Source of the DNA: Paramoeba atlantica
Taxonomy: Eukaryota > Protista > Discosea
Length of the DNA stretch: 64,000 nucleotides
Direction: 5' to 3'
NCBI GenBank assembly: GCA_977017575.1
Contig: CDRNVI010000040.1
Coordinates: forward strand, 310,001-374,000
Part shown: positions 11,041-20,041 of the stretch, one piece after another
How positions within the stretch are numbered: the stretch's first letter is position 1
How the letters are laid out: each line of letters opens with the position of its first letter
Program-made: the position numbers and the translations under genes
The notes under the pieces: generated by a model
Told to the model about the DNA's origin: nothing
Databases searched by the model: none
Seen by the model: the letters and a program-made list of their open reading frames with translations, nothing else

Positions 11041-11057
11041 AACGCGTGCGAGTTTAA
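10176..11057 (+). CDS. SCD6: LSM14/SCD6/RAP55 mRNA-processing-body protein
   Basis: Lsm domain LGSRISVISKSQVRYEG, RGG tract, EDFDF, SSFFDTISSD (FFD) and TFG boxes; likely ATG 10176. Confidence 0.92.
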   Translation: MNPAQSLGSRISVISKSQVRYEGFLHSINESDNTMVLRNVRMMGTESRDSDHGKIPPDQKLYDHIVFKGENIQTVYVFEDEPSSSGGPGTAFQDPAIVRSQLVSDTPGAGKEEGEGKERGGAWGEGGRRGGFPRGEGPRGYSRGYAAAAYRGRGGRGGGRGGGGRGGGGVRGRGYRRPSHFSAHTGREFTVAPDPSAAREEYKEDFDFVMDNFEKGDFLRSGAQKGYEKASSFFDTISSDATAKKGGRKSTAEIHEERQHARSTDQATFGTDFIRGYRNQYRGGRYNTQRVRV

Positions 11058-11522
11058 CACGAAATTGAATAAATCGAATAATTAATGTTTTTAAAGTTTA
11101 TGTTTTTCATTTTCCTTAGCTTTAAAGGTAGACATGCTTGCCATACATTGCGGCACACTTTCAGTCGCGAGATTTAGGCTTGATATTAGGAGGACATAGC
11201 AAAGCTGTCTGCTTACTAACTCATTAGTGAAAATTGTGTATATTGAAAAACCTTTTTACAATTTAAACAGAAATGTTTACTACCGATGCTGTACGATATA
11301 TGGGAATATAAATTTTTTATGACCGAGCAAAATGGTTTGATTTTCTCGAATTCTATTTGATTTATAGAAATTTAATTGATGGTCCTATGCATATTCCACA
11401 TTGCTTCTATTCGTATTCAAAGTAATTATGCGACATATTTTTTTGGATTAAGTAATTGGTTTATTATTTACTCAGTCACTCCGAAACATTACATCTTAGA
11501 GATAATTTTTCTTGTTTTTCGT

Positions 11523-12212
11523 ATGGAATCACTTGGAAAACGAAGGTGCCTTTCCCCAGAAAGATTTGAACCGATCCATTACAAGGCTTTTGCGTCCTAT
11601 CTTCCACGTGCGTACCGTCTGATTCCTCGACCAGTAAAGGCCCAAAAACAGAAAGAAGGAAGACGAGAAACTGCTGCCAGCAATGCGACTTCTCCAAAAC
11701 GAGGTCACAGCAATAAACATTTGCGGAAGACATCCCTAAAACCGCTTCAGAACAACAAAAGCTCCAGTAGTTCTTACCGTTCATCGACACAGGGGTCACT
11801 CAACAGTCCCCATATGACTAATCTGGTAAAAGTGAGACGTTCGGGTCCTCTCCCTGAGCCATCTGAGAAACTCTCTCTCATGAATACGATGTCCAGGTCT
11901 ACGAAGTTCTTGCCGCATATGATACCCAACAACCAGTCATCGGGGAATCCCATACCGCGTAAAAGAGAACAGAGGTCAAAGTGTCATTGGCAATTTTTAA
12001 ATGCAGTACATGGCTGGAACAAGTATCTTGATGAAACAAGTCTTGCATTTGACAAGGCGTACCGCAAATGGCAAAGAGATCCGCGTCAACGGTCTGTACA
12101 AGTCGAAACACTCGGTAGAGTAAAGTACACTGTTGATTTCCACAACATGACTCAAACATCAGCACTTACGATGGGAGAAACTCAATGCAGAGTTCAAAGA
12201 GTGCGACTATGA
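11523..12212 (+). CDS. WWE-domain protein
   Basis: C-terminal WQFLNAVHGWNKY...KYTVDFHNMTQ...RVQR fits a WWE domain; first ATG 11523. Confidence 0.7.
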   Translation: MESLGKRRCLSPERFEPIHYKAFASYLPRAYRLIPRPVKAQKQKEGRRETAASNATSPKRGHSNKHLRKTSLKPLQNNKSSSSSYRSSTQGSLNSPHMTNLVKVRRSGPLPEPSEKLSLMNTMSRSTKFLPHMIPNNQSSGNPIPRKREQRSKCHWQFLNAVHGWNKYLDETSLAFDKAYRKWQRDPRQRSVQVETLGRVKYTVDFHNMTQTSALTMGETQCRVQRVRL

Positions 12213-12842
12213 AAGCACGGTTTTAGGAATCTAAAACTTGTTAAAATTCTAAAAACTTGTTACATTTATTAAAAATAACATGTAATGCTGTTTCAAAATT
12301 ATATGGTGTGTCGTTCATAGTAATCTTCAATTATAGTTCAATTCGTAAATTAATTACGTTGTACAATGCATGTTGCAGTGTTAGTATATGCGCTATCATG
12401 TTAAGTGACGAGACATTATTTAATTTAGACAAGCCTCTAAAGAAATTTAAAGTAACACCCAATTGTATTAGGCGTGTACATAGATATGTGGTTGCCTGAT
12501 ATTTCCTATATCGTCATACATTCGTTTGTTGGGATACCGGTTTGGATTGATGCTTATGTTGTCACTGTTCTATCGTAGCCACTTTAAAAAATGTTTTACT
12601 TTTCGCGTAGTTAACTTCTTCCTAAATTGTAAGGACAGAATGCCGGTTAATTTCCTTAAGAGCTTTACTTAAGCGCTCATGTTGCCCGAATATCGACACA
12701 TACATTTTTACCCCACTGTGCAAGTAGACGAAATTTTCCACACATCTACCAAGCGCAAGAACTTTGACGCAATGATATTGTCCCTCCCTAATAAATCTAA
12801 CGAAAACTCTTAAATATTTATCTAGATTTTTATCTATCGACG

Positions 12843-14423
12843 ATGAATTTTACCCTGTTTTTCGCTTTCGACTGTCATGGAGAAAAGGTCAATTACGAGA
12901 TAAAATTTCCAGCACGCCCTTTCATTACAGATATAGCAAAATTTATACATCGCACATGGGCTAGCAAAGATCTTGATTCCGCCATGACTGACATTACCAA
13001 CTCTTGCATCAATTCCGACTCTTCACTTCAGTTAAAGAAACTTAAAATATACGATGAACCATCTCAACTATGGGTTGATCTTGTCTCCAATGAGCAAGTT
13101 GTCGAGTGGTCGCAACTATACGGTGTCCCCAAAAAGGCCACAACGCTCGATAAGGAAAAGAAAGCGATTCCACCCGCTACAAAGACATTATTCGTGAAAA
13201 ATACTCCCGAGACACGGTTTCCATGTTCGGAACATGACTATAAAACAGTTAGTGGCCTTTCTTCGGTGCATCCAGAGGAAGCGCTAATGAGTCTTTGTCA
13301 AAAAATAGAACCAACAATAGACTTGGAGAATCAAGTCTTTGAAGAGTTCGAAGATCTTCGGCCAGTATTAGATACCTCACGCAACGAGGGATTATACGCA
13401 AAGCAATGGAGCAGGCGATTGCTGTCCGAATACCCGGTGTTTTCTCAATATGTGTGTTCCTTGCTCCAAGAACACAAAATGCAAAGGGACTGCACCCGCA
13501 AGCTCGCTCACATGAAAAATGAGCTCAAGGCAAGTCAAAACAGAAAGTTGATAGCCCAAGAACAGCTCGAAATAGCGCAAACCGAGATACGAGGGGGGTC
13601 AGAAGTCTTGTCTCAATTACGTGAAGAGGGAGAAGTGATAAAAAAGAAGAACCAGACTGTACATGTAGAGCAGAATCGGAAAGAAATTTCACTGCAGCGC
13701 TTTCGCGATGCATTGCGCAAAGCACAGGAAGAATTGAAAGAGAATGTGAAACAGAATCAGATTCTTGGAATCGGGTGCACTAAACTAATACAGAAATCTG
13801 AAACTGCAAGGAATCGGGCTAGAATCTTAAAGGTGGGGGTGGAAGAAGCAAAAAACGAAGTGGAACGTATTCACGCGGCTCTTCTGAAGGCTCAGGATCG
13901 TCTAAGTGCAGCAGAAAATGGGCTTCGTAACGCAGACTGCGAACTACAGCATTTATGCGCGTCTGAAGAAAAGTCTATGCAAGATCTTCAAAGCTCAATG
14001 GCCGAAAGCAATAAAAAACAAATTCTTGTTTGCGAACTAGAGCACTCTGTTCATCATGGGGTTCAAGATATGAAGTCTCTCTCTGATCAGGGTTGTCTAC
14101 TTGAAGATCAGATACAACATCTAGATGTGAGCAAGACAGCGAAAAATAATGAGATAAAATCTGTCAAAAACCGCGAGCAAAAAATTCATACTAGATTTAC
14201 GGAATGCATCAAGGAATGTGATTGTTTGCAAAAGGAGGTGCAAGATTACGAGGCACGTTTTGTGCAACAAAAAGAAAGCGCCTCACTTTATCTCCAAAAG
14301 CGAAGAGACTTGGCAAAGAAAGAGTGCAAGATACGTAGGCAAAGAAAAGAGCTCGATTGCATTCAATCTGATCTGCGACGCGATGCGTGCACAACACTGG
14401 AACAATTAACGAATGGAAAGTGA
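12843..14423 (+). CDS. BILBO1: BILBO1-like protein (ubiquitin-like N-domain, degenerate EF region, long coiled coil)
   Basis: FDCHGEKVNYEIKFPARP...KIYDEPSQLWVDL...WSQLY...AIPPA matches the BILBO1 N-terminal domain; coiled coil follows. May be a paralogue. Confidence 0.72.
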   Translation: MNFTLFFAFDCHGEKVNYEIKFPARPFITDIAKFIHRTWASKDLDSAMTDITNSCINSDSSLQLKKLKIYDEPSQLWVDLVSNEQVVEWSQLYGVPKKATTLDKEKKAIPPATKTLFVKNTPETRFPCSEHDYKTVSGLSSVHPEEALMSLCQKIEPTIDLENQVFEEFEDLRPVLDTSRNEGLYAKQWSRRLLSEYPVFSQYVCSLLQEHKMQRDCTRKLAHMKNELKASQNRKLIAQEQLEIAQTEIRGGSEVLSQLREEGEVIKKKNQTVHVEQNRKEISLQRFRDALRKAQEELKENVKQNQILGIGCTKLIQKSETARNRARILKVGVEEAKNEVERIHAALLKAQDRLSAAENGLRNADCELQHLCASEEKSMQDLQSSMAESNKKQILVCELEHSVHHGVQDMKSLSDQGCLLEDQIQHLDVSKTAKNNEIKSVKNREQKIHTRFTECIKECDCLQKEVQDYEARFVQQKESASLYLQKRRDLAKKECKIRRQRKELDCIQSDLRRDACTTLEQLTNGK

Positions 14424-14753
14424 CAGTGCATAAGGTAGCACTGGTGCATTATTTTTTCTAGAGGTAGACTAGATTTGTACTGTTAGAATTTTAGGCTTGC
14501 GCTTCGCCGAACTCTTCTTGTACATTGTATATTGAAACTTCGTGCAGGAGCTTTACATGGTAAACAATACTGCGTTTGTTTGTAAACAACAAACTGTTTT
14601 GAGAAAGAGAACTAGATCAAGAAGGTCGGATGGCACTCTTCATTTCTAATAGTTTTCACTTTACCTATTTATACAACGCCTATTTGCTTGTATACTAATT
14701 ACGAGCTGTCATTTTTAAAATATAAATTTGAAGTCTTCAAGCTAGTACTCATC

Positions 14754-16112
14754 ATGGGACACGGTCATCATACTCACCACGCAGTGCACTCGGAACACGA
14801 TGCTCTTCTAAAATCCATTAGTATTGTCGCCATCTACTTAGTCGGAATGGGTTTCGCACTTCTCCCTGTCACATTGAGGGCCAAATTTTCAGGTTCACGA
14901 CACTACACCACATTTCTGGGATTGGCCAACGCTTTCGCGGCCGGGGTCTTCCTTAGCATGGGTCTCATTCACTTACTTCCCGAGGGAGAAGCTCGATTAC
15001 AAGACTTCTACGGTGATGACAATATCAAGTACCGTATTAGCTACCTAATGTGTGTTGTTGGCTATGCCGCAATCCTAACACTTGAACGGGTCGTCTTCAC
15101 CACTCCTTCCTGCGCTCACCACATGCACATGGCAGTCCATCAAGAGGACGCCTCGGCTCCCTCCTCTGCAGCTCAGCTCGAAGCAAAAACATCTGCAACG
15201 ATTGAAATGCTCGCTTCCCAGAAGCAGAAAATAAAAAAGCCGAGAGGAGCTGTTATGAGTCCCGAAATCAAACCAGCGGTAGACCGATGCATACAAGACA
15301 CAGCGCCTCCCTGTCATGCTGAGGGCACTCACTACATATTGCGATGTCGCGAGCGAATCGTTGCCGCGATTGCTGGAAAAGAAGCAGCATCCCATTGTGT
15401 CGTTTGTGAAGACAAAGAGCATCGCACTGCGGGTTTAGATGTCGCGAGCAAGGCACGCTCCACCAGCAGCGTTGCGTTGAAACCTTCTAAAGCCGGCACC
15501 GGGGAAAGTGAACACAAAACAGTAGACTCCACGGTGCCACAGATCACTGGCACGGATGATAACGTTTCTATTGGTCTCGAATCCGACCAAGTTTTGGAAG
15601 TTCCACCTGTTATTTCAAAGGAGCATCGTCATACTCACTTGTATCCCTACCATGAAGTGCGCACAGGAACAATACAGCCCTACGTGCTCATGGCAGCACT
15701 CGGGGCTCATGGGCTCTCGGAAGGTCTAGCCCTTGGGGTGGAACGCGGCAAGCACCATATTCTATTTCTTTTCTTTGCGATTGTCGCCCACAAATGGGCT
15801 GAGGGCCTCGCCCTTGGAATCAGCTTCTCCAAGACAGAGATTCGAAGCAAGAAAATTGTTGCCCTTCTTTGTGCATTCTCTCTGAGTACTCCAATTGGTG
15901 TTGGAATTGGGTGGCTGGCCCAAGCGTTGCTTCCAAAATGTGCAGAGGGCTACTTCCTAGGGTTTAGCAGCGGTTCCTTTTTATATATTGGGGCAAGCGA
16001 AGTCGTTGTGGAGGAGTTTATTCAGGGTCAACGACATTGGCGAAAGCTTTTCTTTTTCTGTATTGGTATAGCACTAATTTATGTAGTCACAACGTATCTT
16101 GATTTCTGCTGA
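14754..16112 (+). CDS. ZIP-family zinc/iron transporter
   Basis: NAFAAGVFLSMGLIHLLPE, HGLSEGLALG, HKWAEG, SSGSFLYI; His-rich segments; likely ATG 14754. Confidence 0.92.
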   Translation: MGHGHHTHHAVHSEHDALLKSISIVAIYLVGMGFALLPVTLRAKFSGSRHYTTFLGLANAFAAGVFLSMGLIHLLPEGEARLQDFYGDDNIKYRISYLMCVVGYAAILTLERVVFTTPSCAHHMHMAVHQEDASAPSSAAQLEAKTSATIEMLASQKQKIKKPRGAVMSPEIKPAVDRCIQDTAPPCHAEGTHYILRCRERIVAAIAGKEAASHCVVCEDKEHRTAGLDVASKARSTSSVALKPSKAGTGESEHKTVDSTVPQITGTDDNVSIGLESDQVLEVPPVISKEHRHTHLYPYHEVRTGTIQPYVLMAALGAHGLSEGLALGVERGKHHILFLFFAIVAHKWAEGLALGISFSKTEIRSKKIVALLCAFSLSTPIGVGIGWLAQALLPKCAEGYFLGFSSGSFLYIGASEVVVEEFIQGQRHWRKLFFFCIGIALIYVVTTYLDFC

Positions 16113-16385
16113 GCTTCAATGCTACTGGGCGCGAGCTATCTGTTTTTTCTAATATCAGTATTTATGAAAATTTCCGATAAAGGGTGTCGTTCGTTTCTGC
16201 TTGATAATCAATTTAGGCTGACATGTAATTGCATTGCTTGAAAAAATGTTACATCACTACTTCTCATAGTACCTTTCGCCAGTTTTCCATTGAAACAATC
16301 AATTATTTCAATTGGCAATTTCAATTATTTTAAAAAAAAATCGATTGCTTATTTTCTCTTTCTAACTTCTGTAATCGGTGGAGTC

Positions 16386-17294
16386 ATGTGCTCGCAAGAC
16401 ACAGCGCGAAAGGCTGCACAGCACTTGAAAAGGGGATACTCATTTCTTCGTCGCACGTTGTTTCGATGGAAACCAGATTACGAATCTGCCGCTGATGAAT
16501 TCGATATTGCAGCATCTCTGTTTATTAAAATCGAGGACGCTGTTAAAGCGAAAGAGTGTACCTCTTTGGTTTGCGAAACCTTTACTAATCTGGGTGATCC
16601 TTATATGGTAGCCAACGGAGCTCTACGATTTGCTGCCTTCTTAAAAGAAAAAAATCAGCACAAAGAAGCTTCTGAGTATTATCTCATTGCTGCCGATTAC
16701 TTTATGAAAGACGATAAACCAAATAGAAGAGCACATGCATTACACGAAGCGGGGAAAGAAATGGTACACTTCGAGCAAGAGGGAGCGTGTACATATTTTG
16801 AAGACGCGATAAACATACTGTTTGGCATAGAAAAGCTTTACTTAGCTAGGGACATTTTTAGCGATTGGTTACAGTGTACCATTAATGGAGGACGCGTAGA
16901 GGATATCTTACACTGCCTCCAACTTCAACGAAAATGCCACCGCGAGCAAGACAACACCCATATGTACTCTCGGACAGTGCTTGAGTCAGTTGTCACGGCG
17001 TTATATTTTCAAGACCTTGTTCTTGCGAAGCGTGCAATACGAGAAGCGGAATCCGAAAAGCCGAATCTGTTGCGGAGCGAAGAATGGGGTACTGCTCAAG
17101 ATTTAATTTTGTCTATAGAAAAGCAAGATCACAAGCGTCTAAATGCACTGCTCACCGATCAAATATTTACTTTTTTGTATCCGGATATTTCTTTCTGGGC
17201 CAAAGAACTTCGTTATAAAGATGTGGAAGATACACGTTTATCCAAAAGATCCTATTCATCGGGTGAAAAGGAAATTACTGACGACGAACGGTAG
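16386..17294 (+). CDS. NAPG: Gamma-SNAP (NSF attachment protein gamma)
   Basis: RTLFRWKPDYESAADEF and SNAP-type TPR helices; likely ATG 16386. Confidence 0.82.
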   Translation: MCSQDTARKAAQHLKRGYSFLRRTLFRWKPDYESAADEFDIAASLFIKIEDAVKAKECTSLVCETFTNLGDPYMVANGALRFAAFLKEKNQHKEASEYYLIAADYFMKDDKPNRRAHALHEAGKEMVHFEQEGACTYFEDAINILFGIEKLYLARDIFSDWLQCTINGGRVEDILHCLQLQRKCHREQDNTHMYSRTVLESVVTALYFQDLVLAKRAIREAESEKPNLLRSEEWGTAQDLILSIEKQDHKRLNALLTDQIFTFLYPDISFWAKELRYKDVEDTRLSKRSYSSGEKEITDDER

Positions 17295-17845
17295 CACTTA
17301 TTTGGCAATTTTGAAGATATTGTTCTAGAAACAAATTCAAATTTCTGAGGTTCGTTCAAGAAATCGGTTTTCGCAGTCAAGAATTCTCGCAGACTCCAAT
17401 AGACTTTTACTCTATGTTTATATGCCTCTTGCAAGTGGATCTAGTCTTTGTTCCATTACAATATACACATGCATGTATTATATTGCATCTCTAATACTAC
17501 ATCTCTTACAGGTCCGTACCATAAAAATGAAAGAGATGGTCCAGAGAGCACCAGGGATCCCCTGTACAGAAAAAAGAAGCAATAATCTTCGCTAGAGTAA
17601 CGAGATCTCTCGAACGACACAAAAATAAGCCAAAACGCACAAAAAGGAATTTCCTACAGGCGCAAGATTTTTTAACGGAAATATGAGCTACTTTTCTCTC
17701 AAGAAAGTTAGTTTTCAGTTATCAATTTTCGTAATGTTTCAAATAATTTGCGGAATTTTGACCCTTCTTTTTCCTTAAATTTCTCATATAGTCATCTGGT
17801 TTTTTTATTTTTTAGGCTCTTCGTTGTACGCGGTGGTCGTTTTCA

Positions 17846-19057
17846 GGTCGGATTGAACGAATAATGTACAAAATTTCAGTTTTCAGAATTTTTAAAAGGA
17901 CGATATTTTCCCTTCGATCATTATCTAACAAAAAAAATGCTTCTTACTGCAGAACATAATGCGCACAATACACGCGAAGATCCTCCAAAACTCGCTTCAA
18001 AACACTTGCTCCATTCACCCGCAGAGATCCGTTACATTTTTCTGCCAGGGCGCGCACACGCTCATGCCGGTTTTCATTGCTTCTACCAAGTTGGCCGCCA
18101 CAACGCGTCAAAGTTCTCTTCAACATGCTGTTGGCTCCTTCTACGGTGTTAGTGTGCACACCGGAAACACTGATCCACTCATTTCTGTGGATAACCGAAT
18201 CCCATTGATACTTTCCTTCAAGAAAATTGTTGTGCCTGGCGTCGGTATGGATCCGCGTACGCGAGGAGGCACACATAGCCTCGATGGGGGGAATTAAGTG
18301 TTCTGCGCTTTTTTGAGGCACAGGCGTGACATGTATCTCTGTCAGCTTGCTGTCACGAGTACATTCGGCCAGAGTCTGAACTATCTGGCTACCACCAGCG
18401 CGTACCCGCTGGTTTCGGTTGTTTCCCCCTCGCTTGATCTTTGAGAACCACGTCTCATCGACTTGCATAAAGGATACTGTTCCCTCGGCGTTCCGCTGAC
18501 GGATTTTATGAACCTCAGACAATGATTTTTCGATAATTTGGCGTTGCAAAACTACAGTTCTTTGAGAGACTTCTTCTTCCTTTGCAACTTCTGTTCCCAG
18601 CATGCTATAAGAAAAGGAAACGATCCCAATTAGAATCTGCTTTGCGGACACCTTTGTCTTTGAGTGCTTGAGAGGACCGTCCTGTGACATCAAATTGCGG
18701 CAGGAGCGTACTGGGCAGTGGAACTTGCCTCCCTTCAGATTACACAATGCCCGCTCATGCCCACGCTCGCAGGAAACGCTTTGTACAGTGAGTTTGTGGT
18801 TTCGCATCCACAACATACACGTTTCCTCTGTGGCAGAGCCGACTGAAGTCAAGCGAATTTGAGCAGCGCAATCAAAACGAGGGCAACCTGTGCAGTTCAT
18901 TGAAACCTTAGAGAAGCAATACTAGCCGTAATTTTAAGATAAAAAATGACTAATAATCCAAAAAATTCATACATATCACCCTAGGAAACACAAAAAAGGA
19001 TTTCATAAAAATTTAAAATTATTTAAAAAAAGTGTACATTATTCGTTCAATCCCACC
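17846..19057 (-). mobile_element. Merlin (IS1016/IS1595-like) DNA transposon, apparently intact, 1212 bp
   Basis: 25-bp TIRs at 17846-17870 and 19033-19057 (1 mismatch, start GG); perfect 8-bp TSD CGTTTTCA at 17838-17845 and 19058-19065; uninterrupted transposase. Confidence 0.95.
17944..18900 (-). CDS. Merlin/ISXO2-like DDE transposase
   Basis: QVDETW, IHTD and HTNTVEG DDE motifs; Cys-rich N-terminus. Confidence 0.93.
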   Translation of the reverse strand: MNCTGCPRFDCAAQIRLTSVGSATEETCMLWMRNHKLTVQSVSCERGHERALCNLKGGKFHCPVRSCRNLMSQDGPLKHSKTKVSAKQILIGIVSFSYSMLGTEVAKEEEVSQRTVVLQRQIIEKSLSEVHKIRQRNAEGTVSFMQVDETWFSKIKRGGNNRNQRVRAGGSQIVQTLAECTRDSKLTEIHVTPVPQKSAEHLIPPIEAMCASSRTRIHTDARHNNFLEGKYQWDSVIHRNEWISVSGVHTNTVEGANSMLKRTLTRCGGQLGRSNENRHERVRALAEKCNGSLRVNGASVLKRVLEDLRVYCAHYVLQ

Positions 19058-19213
19058 CGTTTTCAACTTAGAAGTCACTCATGCTGCGCGCTTCGCGTTG
19101 AAAACTACCACCGTGTATAACGAGGAGCCTAAAAAAAATGGCTTCGAAGGCAGGAGAAAACGGAAGGATCAGAGCCGAAAATAGCCGATTTTCTTCTCCC
19201 TTCTTCTTCCGGG

Positions 19214-19515
19214 GAGCCATGCGCCATGGTGGCCTCCCTTGAGGACCACTGGGCGTGGCTCTGCCTCGTCTTATCGCGAGGCAACGGTCGGTTGCAGTGC
19301 GCCCTTCCGGCTGCGTAAAGAGAGGGCGAGTTGCCTGGACCCCCTCTACCGACCGAGTCCGTGCCAAATGCCCCTTGGTGCGACATCCGTTGTGGGCGGA
19401 TCATGTGCCGATGATATCGGCCGTCGCATCACGGGCTGTATCTCTGCGCCAATGAGCGCATGAACATCAAGCACCCGTCCGGACGTAGCATACCGTCATT
19501 GTCGGCAATGACGGT
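19214..19515. other. GC-rich segment with a dense series of stem-loops
   Basis: About 10 adjacent hairpins readable by eye, ending in a perfect 10-bp stem at 19492-19515. Confidence 0.6.
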
Positions 19516-19750
19516 TATGTGTAGGGGGCCGAAAAATGCAATCCTAGGCAAACCCAGTCAGGCGCCAATAGAAACCAACGTCCAGGGAAGCATTTTTTCA
19601 GTATGAGGTCGCTGGGGGTCCAGGTGGGGGGCCTAGGAGGGTGTAGTAAACCAGGCAACGCTAGGTTAGGGGGGAGAGTATTTGGGTTGCCCCTGAGGCC
19701 CTCAACATGCGGACACCCACCCTCTATACGCCCCCTGTGGAGCACCCGAG

Positions 19751-19833
19751 CCAAATCTCTCTTACTAGGGGTCAGCCCAAAAAGGTCCAAATCTCTCTTA
19801 GTGGGGGGGGGCTCTTACTGGGGGTGTACTGTA
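19751..19833. repeat. Short direct repeats (CCAAATCTCTCTTA x2 plus partial) ending in GTACTG-TA, resembling a transposon end
   Basis: Copies near 19751 and 19787; terminal CTG-TA at 19829-19833. Confidence 0.5.
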
Positions 19834-20041
19834 GTACCTTCTAAAAAGCGTTTGAGAAAGCGTCACATGATTGCAATACGCAATGAGCTATCCAAGTTTA
19901 CAAATTCTATTTGACTTTACTGTATCATCAATAGATACTACAGGCTTCGCTTCCCCCTTCTTACACGAAAAATTTAAACTAAATATTATGCAATTGCTTT
20001 TACAGATGTTGTCATGAAGTGATCGGAAGAGTTCCTTCGAA

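Larger units (their letters stand above)
17808..19136. repeat. 40-bp-arm inverted repeat split by the Merlin insertion
   Basis: Left arm 17808-17845 plus 19066-19067 vs right arm 19097-19136: 36/40 complementary once Merlin and one TSD copy are removed. Confidence 0.85.

Noticed and set aside
19205-19300. HDV-like or hammerhead ribozyme
   Set aside because: Could not place a P3/L3 of the right size or a CUGANGA/GAAA core by eye
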